This document shows positions 33,504 to 46,129 of a DNA stretch of 64,000 nucleotides, piece by piece. The position numbers and the translations under genes were made by a program. How positions within the stretch are numbered: position 1 is the stretch's first letter; each line of letters begins with the position of its first letter. This stretch comes from the human T2T-CHM13v2.0 reference genome, Homo sapiens. Under the pieces are notes generated by a model, which was given only the letters and a program-made list of their open reading frames with translations, was not told the DNA's origin and ran no database searches. Location: the NCBI RefSeq assembly GCF_009914755.1, contig NC_060928.1. One strand, written 5' to 3'.

Positions 33504-33619
33504 CAGAATAACTCAAGGGAAAGTCATCCTCTCAATGCTTAGATCTCCCCACTGGTAAAGTGAAACACCAGTGGGGGGATCTAAGCATTGAGAGGATGAC
33601 TTTCCCTTGAGTTATTCTG
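33504..33619. repeat. Near-perfect inverted repeat: 53-bp arms, 10-nt loop
   Basis: 33504-33556 is the reverse complement of 33567-33619 except T33546/G33577. Confidence 0.98.
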
Positions 33620-33969
33620 AAAGTTGATGGCTAAATTCTGGTTAGTTTACTTAGTCACTTAGAGTCTTTTTTCTTATAACTGCCAGGGCCGTATTTTCAG
33701 AACCCCAAAATCTGGTTCCTTAGTCTGGCAAAGCACTTTTTCTGAAACCTGTGAATTTCCCTACAGAGGTTTATAAAATCTCATTTTGTTGCGTAGCTTG
33801 TATTTAATGGAAATAATAACATTACAAGAAATCTGCACTGGTAGAAAATCTGGACTAATGTGTTGTTAATAATGCACAGACTCTCATGATGTCTTACACT
33901 AGCCTGGGCTCTCGACTTACCCAACAAGTTAGTGGCATCTGGGACTAAACCCCAGTGTACTGGTCCACG

Positions 33970-34118
33970 CAGTGGTTCTCAATCTTTAGCATTCATCAGA
34001 ACCATCTGGAGGGCTGATTCAGTAGATCTGCGGTGGGGCCCAATAATTTTCGTTTCCAACAGTTTTCCTGGATGCTGTTGATGCTGCAGGACCAGTGATC
34101 ACACTTTAAGAACCACTG
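33970..34118. mobile_element. MER5A (hAT-Charlie)
   Basis: TIRs cagtggttct / agaaccactg; internal catcagaaccatctggaggg..tgattcagtagatctg..ggggccc. Confidence 0.85.
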
Positions 34119-37100
34119 CCATAGCAGAAATAATGGTGTTTCTTTCTCTTCTGCCAGCCTAGTTAAAAGGGAAAAAAGTAGGCAAATTCAAGCAGTCTTG
34201 CTGAACAGTTCTCTAACTCTCAAATTCAGACTGTTTATCTTCCCTGTCAAAGATGCACTCATCTTTTAGGGAGATTATATGAATTGTTTTATTATTTACC
34301 CCAGAATAATACAAAATCTTTTTGATATATGGTGGCAACATCAATCTTTAAATCAATAAATCACCCTTTATATTTTATACTTTCATAAATGCATGTATAA
34401 CTTATCTAAGTCAATTTGCATTTGCAGTTGCCACAGTGTGCTTAACATCACACAGTTAGTAAGCAGAGATATGGCAAGGATTAGAACTCAGTCATTTTAA
34501 CTCCAAGTCCTATGTCCTTTTGATATAAGACTAACTGTGAAAATCAATGAGTTAATGGCACCTTTCATTGTCATGTAAGGATGTGCCAATCTGTGTAATG
34601 TTGCTATGCAGGATATACCAGGATTAACCTTGTAAACCTTGAACTAATTATTCACATTCCATGACTCCTATAACCATCTTGAATTGACCTGATGGATCTG
34701 CCTGAGGTAAACTTTTTGTTACTATTTGTCTGAGAGTTCCTTATGGATTATGGGGACAAAAACAAAGCCAAAAATAGCCACAAACAAATGTACGTCTAGC
34801 CAATTAGAGTTGCACAGATCTCGTCACAAGCATGGGGCAGCTGTAACAATTTGTAATCAGAGGGTTCTGCTGAAAACTTGTCATGGAGCTTATTCTTGAG
34901 CAGTATTTTGAAGAAAGATAACTGATCTGGTTTACAATATAGGAGAGGACACCTCTGGTGAGGAAAAAACAAGCAAGTAAAGACTGGTAAGCATTGTCCT
35001 TTGGCAGGAGTGAAAACCTAAAGGCTGCATGTAGCAGAAAGAGGAGGCCAATTATGTAAGTGAGAAGCCAGTTGAAAAAAACCATGACGCATGTGTCCCT
35101 GAGATACTTAGCTAAGACAATACTGTACATAATCAGGGTTTCCTTCATGGAAGTCAGGCAAGAGTCCAAATGAGAAATGCACGTTGTATCATCTACCCTT
35201 TCTAGTCCTCTATGAATGTTTTCTATAGGAAAGTATGCTTCCAGGGAGATTCAGCATGTATTCTGCAGCTGTGGGAAGTGGCATTAGCAGGCCAGAATGA
35301 AAATAAATCTAACAGAAGGGCAGAATGGTTAATGTGCCTGAAACCCTGGATACTGCAGTGGCCAAAAGAACCTGGAAGGGTCTGTGAGACACTGGATTGC
35401 GGGGTAACAATTTATGGATAACCTTCTAACAAAAGATTTCCCGTAACATTTAAAGTTGGTGAGATCCGCCTTCCCAAGATGGTGGGCATTGCCAGTAGAA
35501 AGTCCCAGCTCCTGGAAAAGTGATTACATTGAGCCTATGGAGTCATTCCAACCATGTAAGGGCTTGGCGGTGACTGAAGTGTGCGCTTTGCTTTGCTTGA
35601 CATTATGTTGAGCTTCAGTTGGCTTGTAGCTCATCTCATTTGACAAAGCAAAGCTGCCTTATTGTTTGAACATTCCTCTGATGTTTACGTGCTCCTATCC
35701 ACTCAAAGTCATCAGGCAGGATGGTTAGAGCCAATGCTGTTCATATGTAATTATGTTTGCTTTGAAATGCATATCTGACTCCTGCCCTGGACCTCAGCAA
35801 CTGAAGTGACATCCTGTATACAGTCCCTATTTTATGACACTGTCTCCCACTGTGAGGTAAAAGTTTCCTGGAAGATAACAAAATCAAAATGGAGAAGAAA
35901 TGAAAACAGTTTCCTAAGTTATAAATAATTGATAATGATGATAAAATTGATGGTAAGTTTTCATTGCATAATTTGATTGATATGGCAGTTATCATAGCAG
36001 CCTTGAACAGAATGCTCTTGTGAACAAGATAATTCATCTCACTGAGTCTGTTTCGGCACAAATATTTTAAAATGAAAGGCATAATAAATCTGTACATAGA
36101 ATACACACACTGGGCTGCCAAACCTGCCACCTGTTTAAGCTTTTAATGAGCAGTCCTGCTTGCAACAAAAAGCCATATCAAATTAATGCTGACATTTTTC
36201 TTTGCTGCTGCTGTGCATATTCCAGGGACTCAGAGAGATCATTTTGCAAAATCCTCTAAATGGGGCAAACTCTGATTTTTTTCATTATAATTTAACAACT
36301 GTTAAGCAAGCTCCCCCGGAAACTGTATTTACATCTGCAGCTCAGTTGGGGCTTGGGGTCTGGGTTTAGGGGTGGAGTTGGTAGTGTTGGGTAAGTGGAG
36401 GGTCTGAACTCTAACCAAGTGGGAAAAGAACACTGAACAAGGAGTTAGGAAACTTAAATGTTTGTCTTGTTTCTCCTATTGTTACCAATGGTCCTTTTGG
36501 CTCCCAAGGACCTATTGTAGGTATTCACAGTGCACATTTTAGGTCTGGAGTTGGGAAGAGCAAGGAAAAGGGTTATGAAAAGATCAGTATAGTGTCTGAG
36601 GGGGCCAAGCAGTACCCATTCATCTTTTCAAAGACTTGCAGAGACACGGAGAGCAATGTTAGCTCATTCCCTAAATATACTGCACTTTAATTCTGTCAAA
36701 AGAAGTAGTTGTTTTGAAGTACAATAGCATGGTAAGGAAAGGATTCCCATATTTCCTATTCCAGTGTCATTAAAAGAAACAGGTGAGAGCAGGACTTGAG
36801 AAGTGGCAGCACATGAAACAAGCAAGCAGAGCCACTGCCTTCCTGAGGCTACCAGAAGGGAGGCTCCAGCCACACAGGGTGGAAGAACCCAACGGGGGCA
36901 GAGCAGAGCACTCACACTGGGGGAAAACGATTTCGTACAGGCTTTTATACAACAAGAAGCATTCCTCTTGAGCAACGTGGATATCCTCTGAATCAAGTAG
37001 CTTTGATTAAATAAAGGTCATTAGCAACAGACACACGTGCAAGCCATTGCTTTTCCTTTTGCTTTGCTCTTCTCTCTTTATCCTCCTCACAACATCTTAA

Positions 37101-37720
37101 TGAGCTTTTAATCCTCCATTTATATGTTATGTTTATGTACAGAAATTTATCTTGTAGTCCTGACCTTGGCAGGCAACCCACATTTTATATGCACATTCAG
37201 GGGTGGGAAGGATTCAAGTTTGCTACCCAACCTAGTTAGGCACACAGCCGGTACCTCCCTGCTGTCCCTTAGAGTGACAGCCAGGGAACAATGGGCTTAA
37301 TTAACCTATTTCACATTCAGAATATATTTCCAGATAGCCTTTGGACCTGGCAGACCGCCAAGGATGTACTCATTTCTGCTGCTGCTGCTGTTAATGATGA
37401 AGTGAGTTTTTAACCATGAACAGTTATGAGTCCTCTGATAACATTTCAGTGGTAAAATTCCTTTGAGCTTTTCATTTATTTTAATAATGATTCTGTAAAA
37501 GGAATAAAGTCCAGGTTTGCTGGCCAAAAGCAAGTGATGTCATGTGTACACCTAGTCTGTTTAGGTCAGAGATACACTTAACATCAAATGTCAGAAAAAT
37601 GAGCACAAGCCAACTGTTTGTTGGTATTATGTATTAACTTTCCATTTTGTAGGCTCTTGTTTCTCACTAATTTTAATGTGCTAATTAATTTACTAGTTTA
37701 TCAAGTTTTTAAAGAGCTGT

Positions 37721-37950
37721 TTCAGCCTGAAAAACATAGCAAAACCCTATCTCTATAGAAAATTAGCCAGACATGGGGCCGTGTGCCCGTAGTCCCAGTT
37801 ACTGGGAAAACTGAGGCAAGAGCATCACTTGAGTCCAGGAGTTCGAGGATGTAGTGAACTGTGATTGTACTACTGTGCTCCAGCCTGGGCCAAAGAGTGA
37901 GGCTCCATCAAAGAAAAAAAAAAGAAAAAGGAAAAAAATTTTAAAAAAAG
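37721..37950 (+). mobile_element. AluJ, 5'-truncated
   Basis: Diverged Alu lacking the first part of the left arm. Confidence 0.8.
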
Positions 37951-37959
37951 GCTATTCCT

Positions 37960-38295
<336 letters not shown>

Positions 38296-38769
38296 TCAAC
38301 ACAATCAAGAATTTTGGGTTCAATGCCCAAATTTGTTTTCATTTATAGTACTTTCCAAAAGAATTTAAAGGAATCACATAATGAAAGACACAAGCAAAAC
38401 ATTAAAACAAGAGCCAAATAATAAAGTCATTTGGAGAAATATGATTAATACCAGGAAGCTTCTGATTGTTCAGACTGTAATTCTAGGCAGTCAGGTTGAA
38501 AAAATGATCTGTAAAGTCAGTATCAATGTATCAGACTACAAACAGTGCAAAATAAAGTGTAACTACATTTTTATATAGCTCATATTCATCTGAATTTCAA
38601 ATTCCTATTCTGACTGACAATAAAAACATGATTCAAACAAGTCTTAGTCATTTTCAGATTTACAGTCAGTTGAAACAGGATCTTTCCTTTCTCATCTCCA
38701 AAATGGACATTTTGTTATAGGAAGTACAAGGCTACAGCATCCAGAGAGGTGTCCGATGCATGCTGGCAA

Positions 38770-39335
38770 TGTAGGGGCCAAGGGAAAATTTCCCTTTATC
38801 CTCTGAAGGTTTGCTAAAAGAAATCCATTGCAAAAAGCAGATTAACACAAGAAAAGATATTCAAATTTATTGACAGGCGCAGGAGTCACGCAAAATATAA
38901 GAACTCAAAGAAAGGCAAGATGGTTGACACTTTTATACCATCTTGAGGTTACAGAAAGAATAGGGGAGCTTAGAGCATGGCAAGACAAGTTATATGAGAG
39001 GAAGAAGAGGAGAAACCTGGCTAGCAAAGGTGGTCTTGTGGTGTAGATGAAAGCTTGCAGGTAGCAGCCCTCAGAGAGAATAGATGGTGAATATTTCTCT
39101 CAGATCTTTAAAGGTTCATACTCTCAGTTCATCTTTCCTAGACCTGGACAAGGGGGGCTTCAGAGAAAGCTTGTTTGCATCTTTTGTTTACTTCACTTTA
39201 TTTCTCTACAGATGCAAATCTCCCCCACAAAAGACAGATTTGCAGGGCTACTTCTGTTTGGGCCCTCTGAACAGCCGTGCCAAAATGTATTGAGGAAGTG
39301 TATTTTGGGGTGAAATATTTTGGTTTCCTTTGACA
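38770..39335 (-). mobile_element. ERV1 (MER4-group, MER67-like) solo LTR
   Basis: tgtaggggccaagggaaaa..ctctgaagg.. and tattttggggtgaaatattttggtttcc..ca termini. Subfamily uncertain. Confidence 0.7.
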
Positions 39336-42300
39336 TCCACTGTGATGAAAATCATTTCTTCAGAGAAGTCACCCCTGCATACTTGTATCTGTTAAGATAA
39401 TGTCCCTGGTCTTACTGGTCTCTGGCCCTCAGTCCATTAATTTTTCATCTTACGCACCTCCACATTACACATTTTCTACTCACAGCTAATTCCAGTGTCC
39501 TCCTTTGAGGCACATGAAGATTTGACTGCCCTTCATCTTCCCTGGAATCCTATACTCTGCAGGTACTACACCATGTTGGGATGGAGTGGGAAATGCTGCC
39601 ACTCGCCTTCCTGACATGCTAACCTGAGGAGACTAAGCTCAAGGTGGTCAGATACAGACATTTTCCTCTGAGAGTCTCAATAGTGTCTGTCTCTTGCTTC
39701 TCTCCTTTAATTCTCTTCACCCATTACAGTTCAAAATTACATTATTTTGAAAAACCAGTTGAAAGTGGAAATAAAGGGTAGATAAGAGGAAATATATTGG
39801 TTCTACCCAACTGCACTTTCTATCATATTTTTAGTCTGAAGGTTTTAAAGATTGCCATTAATTTGAAATTTTTCCTCTCTGCTTCTACCTCCCTTCGAGG
39901 AGAAGAGAAGATCCTTTTAGAGCCAAAATGTAGCATGGTCATGAGACAGTAAGGAAGCCCAGGAAAAGTGCATCATCAACACCGCAGTTGATATCATCCA
40001 ATCACAGTCATCTCTAATATTATGAATCTGATCGGCATGAGCAGTACAAGGGAACTTTCTGGCCTCTGTGTAAATAGTCCCATTGATATGAAACTACCAA
40101 ATTCCAGAGGTTTACCTTTATATCCTTGAACAACTCTCATTTCAAAACAAAAATAAATTTAATTTAGCTGAAACTGAAAGCTATAAGAAAGGTTTTTATA
40201 AAGCCCTGCCTACCCAATGCATAGTCAACCTTTCATTGAATGTCATCCTGCTAAAGAAAATTGCAGATGTGAAAACGACTTGCAAAATTGAAATCGCTTA
40301 ATACTGAGAGCCAAAAAAAGTATCAAAGAAGTTTCACTTATCTTCTCTAATTTAAATTTTGATGATATTAAACCGTGAGATCACAGACCCAGGAGTTATG
40401 GCTTCTTCATTCCAACTTACAGTATCCTGTTTCTATTATGTACCCACATAGCACCTGTAGAGTGTGAGATAATGCTGTCTTTACATGTCTCAGAGTAAAA
40501 TTGATATTTAGAGGACTCAAGTGACTAATCCAGGGTCTCACAGGTATTAAGTGGCAGAAATTAAATAAAAAATGAAAATATTCTGAAACCAAACCCATGT
40601 GCCTGGATGTCTTTGCATTATTCCCCATTTTAATGGGGAATAAATATATATAATATTATAATTATAATTATAATATATAATAAAGCACTACATATATCAT
40701 GAGTTAAGACCTATATTTTGAGTATCACAGCCTTCCTGAAGCTTAACAGTCCCCTCTAACAAGAATGAAAAATCTCAGTGATGAGCCTTTCTTTTTCATA
40801 TTTTTCTGATGATTTCCTAAAGTGACAAATTTATAGAGAGAATTCTTAGAGCACATTTGTTTAAAGGACAGCCCTGGAATCCAGAAATGTGTCTTGAGGA
40901 TACACCTGAGCTTTTATACTGTAGAATGTTCTCAAAATTCAACAGAGCCTTAAAATATGCAGAAAAACTCCCAGTATAATTTTAAGACTTGAAACTAAAA
41001 TGGTGTTTTAACTCATCAAGTCTTGCTTTCTGAACCTGTCTTTTCTCAATTTTTTTATGAGACAGTAGGATTAAATAAGAATTGTCTATTGCATTATAAG
41101 AAGCCAACCAGCCCAGCTGACTCCAGCATAAGCAACTTGACAATCCTATGACTCAAGTCTAATTTGAGGTCCCAAATAAACAGAGACTTCTGGTTTTGTT
41201 TCAGATGCCAGTAATTTTTCTCCTTGTTCCTTCATCCAAGAAGCACCACGAGCCTAACCACACAATGAACAGCATTTGATACAATTAAACATGATGTAAG
41301 TTCAAGAAAGCCTTTGCTAACTCATGTGACATTCAACTCTCCACTTCCCTCCCAGGGCTCCTTCCTGTTTAGCACAGTGGAGCCAGTGCTGGCTGGTCAA
41401 TAGTAGATAGCAGCTGCATTGAGTTTTCTGAATGCATCTGGAAATCACAAGATCACCCCAGGAGAGTACCCGAGTTTTCTAGGAAAGAGGCCAAAGCATT
41501 TATATGCATGCAACTTTAAATATAATGATTCAGAAAAATCTATGTATTCAGATCCTGCATGCAAAACACAATAGGTAACAGTTCTTCATGCAGGATCCTC
41601 TACAGGATCTTCATGGAGAAAATTGAGCTGTCTAAGCTGGACAGAAGTCATGCCTTTTACTTAGCTCTTCATGTCACTTTCAATTCAATAACCAAATGCT
41701 TTCTTGTGAAGGGTAGGGACAAATAAAATAAATATCACAGGCTAAAATGTATTGACCACTTAGTATTTGGGTTCTATTCAAAATAATTTATATGGAGCAT
41801 ACATTTAATCCTTAAAATACTCCTAGAATGTAGGTGCTACTATTATCCTCATTTTACAGATGAAGAAACAGGGCAAAGTTAAGACACTTGCCCGAGATCA
41901 GGACATAGTATAGAGCATAATTTAAATCAGTCCATCTAACTCAATTCTGGGCTTTTAAACACTGTGTTATATTCTCCGCTAAAGGAGGATCCCTTTCTGG
42001 AAGCATTGACCAAGCTCAGCTGGACAGTGTCCTCTAAGTGTTAGTATGAGCAATCCACTGCCATTGCGTTAAAAACAAAGATGTAAAGAAACCATAATAA
42101 GCCACAGATAGAACAGAATTCTTGATTATTTATATTGTGTGACTTTACAATTATGCCAGCAGAGTGCTCTAATTTGAAAATAGTATGCTAGTTTGCTCTA
42201 TTACCAGAAAACAATTAAAGTATCTTATTTGAATGAGAATAGCCAGTGGTTTGTGTTGTTTCAGACTTGTGCATTTTTACAAAGCAGGAACAGTCAGGCT

Positions 42301-43469
42301 TCCATGTGGCCCTATAGAATTACCTAAGGGAAATCAAAGACAGCCATCCTGACTCTTCCAGCTCTATGGCCTTCTCATATGGCCACATGCAGACCAAACA
42401 GCATTGTTTTGGGAGCCAGCAAGAAGAGAGATGATATGGAAATGCAGAATCATCAGTTTAGCCTCCAGAGAGATAATTCAAGTAATTGCCTCCAAGCAAT
42501 GCAAAAGATCATAGTTAAAGTTGAATAATCAAGAGCAAAATATTACTGCCACTTTATGCGGTTCTTTGCACTTTGCTTGCAAAGCATATTGCAAGCTCCT
42601 CCTCTTGACAGACACTCAGAAGCAGACACTATGAAAACTGCATTGATTAGCTTAAGAGTATTGGACTCTCTGTAAAGGATACAATGTAGAGGGAACTTTC
42701 TTTGGAGAAGTAGAATTATTCCTGTGTCTCACTAAGGTAGCCAATATACCTCATGCGTCTCCAATATATTATGCACTTTCAAAGACACATAATATGATTT
42801 GCTCATGAATCTCCCATACCAAAAATGATCTTTCTTTTGACTTTGCCTGGTACATTACAATAAATGAGGGAAAATTATAGATTTCTATACCTATACTGAT
42901 CTTGAGTTTAGGGTTGCAAGCATGAACTGAGTTAAACCTTTTACTCCTCACCTCCATCAACTCTTAACTCTCTCAGTGTGTGGGGGGGTGGGGGGGGGTG
43001 CGGGGGCTGTAAAAAGGTGGCAGTGAGATTTAGTAAATATTGATAACAAAAACATGGCAGTTCTTATAAATATGAAACATGGGGTTTGTTGAGGAGCATG
43101 GTAGGGAAAGGGAATGTATTATTTCCATTATCAACCTTTCCATCTGTCAGCACAGGTTTACATAAATTCTCTCACACGTTGTAATGGTGTGGTATGATTA
43201 AATTCTATCCTAGCCCATGAAGGGGAGCACAGCTATTGATACAGAGAAAACTGCTCTTAAAAGCCCCACTTTATACATGGATCTATAAAAAGACCATAAA
43301 CTTTGAATTGTTTGATTGCTCATTTAACTCTTAACTCACCTACTTATTTAAAAAAGTATTTGAACTAATTTATGATAAAAACATGCTTTCCATTAGATTA
43401 GCTGCCCTTGATTATTTTAACATATTTTGAAGTTGTAATACTTTGTGATTTTAAAACATATTAGATTTT

Positions 43470-44240
43470 TATTATGTATTTTATTGTGATAACAGACACA
43501 TAACATGAGATCTACCCTCTTAAATTTTAAATATATAATACATTGTTGTACAGCAGATCTCTAGAGCTTTCTCATCTTGCATGACTAAGACTTATACTCA
43601 CTGAATAGCACTTGCCATTCCTTTCCCAACCTCCAACCCCCAGCTCCTGGCAACCATCTCTCTACCTTGGCTTCTCTGAGTTTGACTATTTTTGATACCT
43701 CGTGTAAGTGGAATAATGCAATATTGTCCTCTGTGACTGGCTTATTTAACTTAGCATAATGTCCTCCAGGTTGCATCATATAGTAGTATATAACAGAATT
43801 TCCTTTAAGGCTGAATGATATTCCATTGTATATATATATACTGCATTTTCTCAGTTCATATGTTGATGGGCACTGAGGTTGTTTCTACCTCTTGGCTATT
43901 GTGAATAGCACTGCAATAAACATATTGCTTCAATAAACATATTGCTTCAAGATTCTACTTTCAATTATTTGAGATAAGTACCCAGAAGTGGGATCATTGG
44001 ATTATACAGCAGTTCTGTTTTTAATTTTTCAAGAAAGCTAAAAACTGTTTTCTATAATGGCTTCCATTTTACATTTCCACCAACAGTGCACAAGAGTTCC
44101 ATTTTCTGCACATCTTTGTCAACACTTGTTATTTTCTGTTTTTTAAATTACTATTTTTATAATGCTCATCCTAATGAATTATGAGATGATATTTCATTGT
44201 GGTTTTGATTTCTATTTCTCTGATGATTAATGATGAAATA
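43470..44240 (-). mobile_element. Old L1 3' fragment (L1MB-like)
   Basis: acataacatgagatctaccctctt..tacagcagatctctag..ggctgaatgatattccattgta..tacccagaagtggga. Confidence 0.8.
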
Positions 44241-44499
44241 TATTACATTTTAATTTTTTTTAATTTTGATTTCATCCAGAGAAAAAATGCTATATGGTAT
44301 AATATCTATACATTGCTGCTCCTGAGTCATTCATTCTTTGAAATGAGAAATGGCCTGTGCTTAAAACTGAATAGCCCTCTCAGCCTGCTTCCTGTGCTGT
44401 AGAAGATTGAGAATTATAGGTCTAATTTCATTTTATGCTGTCCGTTTCCGTCCAAGCCGATATAATTTCTTTTAAAATTTTGTGGATCTGCAGTGTATC

Positions 44500-46129
44500 A
44501 TATTATAAATCTACCCTATTAAACAAAAGCTACACCCATGTTTCTTTCAGAGAGAGGCTGTTCTGTACAGTTGATTGAGAGTCAGGGTGCTGTAGAACAA
44601 TGCCCTTAAGCTTCTTGAAAGCCTTTTTATTTAGTTGTTAGTGTCTAATAAAGGCAAATCCTTAAGATTCTTAGAGCCTCTTTTAACTGCAACAGAGAGT
44701 CTGAGAGTCATGTCCTTGAGATTCTCACAAGCTCTACTTGGCATACCCTTAAAACTTTCTGAGGTCTCAACAAAGTGTCCTACAGTAACACTCTGTAGAT
44801 GTTTACTGCTTAACTGGGGCAGTGTTTCGGATATGCTATTTGTCCAGAGGCAATTTTGTATTTTGTGATCTTGTGTTTTCTGGAGAAACTAGGAATAAGA
44901 TAATGGTTTCATTATTAGATTCAGTAAGTCTTGCCTCCTTCATATTTTCTCTAAATTTTTCTTTATAGCAGTTTTTTAAGCTTATCTTTTTCTATCCAAA
45001 CATTCTTATATGCAGATAAAAGAAACCACTTGCTACTTTTTTAATGTTCTGCCTAAAAATCTTAGCCAAATCCACCAGTTCATTAGGTATATTTTTCAAC
45101 CTTATAACTCCTGCCTTGCTGCCAAACACTCTGCCACTAATCATTGAGATTACCTTTCCTCTGGCCTCTAATTTCCTTGCTGTCTTTCATGCCCTCAACA
45201 GAAGTCTCCACAAAGTGGGGCTGTGCACGGTGGCTCACGCCTGTAATCCCAGCACTTTGGGAGGCCGAGGCAGGTGGATCATGAGGTCAGGAGATCGAGA
45301 CCATCCTGGCTAACATGGTGAAACCCTGTCTCTACTAAAAATACAAAAAAATTAGCTGGGCATAGTGGCAGGCGCCTGTAGTCCCAGCTACTCAGGAGGC
45401 TGAGGCAGGAGAATGGCGTGAACCCAGGAGGTGGAGTTTGCAGTTAGCCGAGATCGTGCCACTTCACTCCAGGCTGGGCGACAGAGCGAGACTCTGTCTC
45501 AAAAAAAAAAAAAAAGAAAAGAAAAAGAAGTCTCCACAAAGTGCTTCTGACTTCTGCCTATCTCCTGGTCCCAAAATCAGTGCTATATATTTTAGGTTTT
45601 TGTTACAAGAGCAGGTACTGCTTTATGTTTCTGTTCCGTATCAGTGCATAGCAAACTATCCCAAAACTCAGCGGTTTAAAACAACAACCATTGTATTACA
45701 TTTCACAATTTTATGGGTTAGAAATTTGTAGAAAGTTTGACAGGACAATTTCTCTACTCCAATTGGCAGTAGCTGAAGTAACAGGGTGGATTGGTAGTGG
45801 ATTCATAGGAGAATGGACTGGTCTTGGAAGATCTAAGAGAGCTTCACTCACAGGTCTGGCACTTTGGTGCAGGCAGCTGTGCTTGGTCTCAGTTGCTGTT
45901 TGGAGTACCTACATGATGGTTGTCTAGCATGGCTGTCTCAGGATAGTTGGTAGTTTTCCCTGGAGGATCAGCTCTCCCAGAGAAGGTCCCAAAAGACTGG
46001 CCTGGGCACAGAAATTGGCACAGATTCAAATCAATCACAGAGCCTACTTATATTTAAAGCTAAAGTCAAGTACCCAACTCTTAATGGAAAGAGTGTCAAA
46101 GAATTGGCACCCATATTTAATATGTCACA
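44500..46129 (-). mobile_element. MLT1 (F/G/H-like) LTR (~45626-46129) with adjacent internal sequence
   Basis: aaactatcccaaaactcagcggtttaaaacaac is an MLT1 LTR end; tttaggtttttgttacaagagcaggtac is the MLT1-int junction. Left boundary approximate. Confidence 0.55.
45218..45525 (+). mobile_element. AluY
   Basis: gagatcgagaccatcctggctaac and gaatggcgtgaacc; perfect 18-bp TSD agaagtctccacaaagtg (45200-45217 / 45526-45543). Confidence 0.92.

Noticed and set aside
36664-36996. Cluster of overlapping ORFs on both strands
   Set aside because: No recognisable homology or splice context; explained by locally higher GC.
43914-43950. 17-bp tandem duplication caataaacatattgctt (and similar two-copy repeats near 6769, 29671 and 46571)
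   Set aside because: Ordinary slippage duplications.
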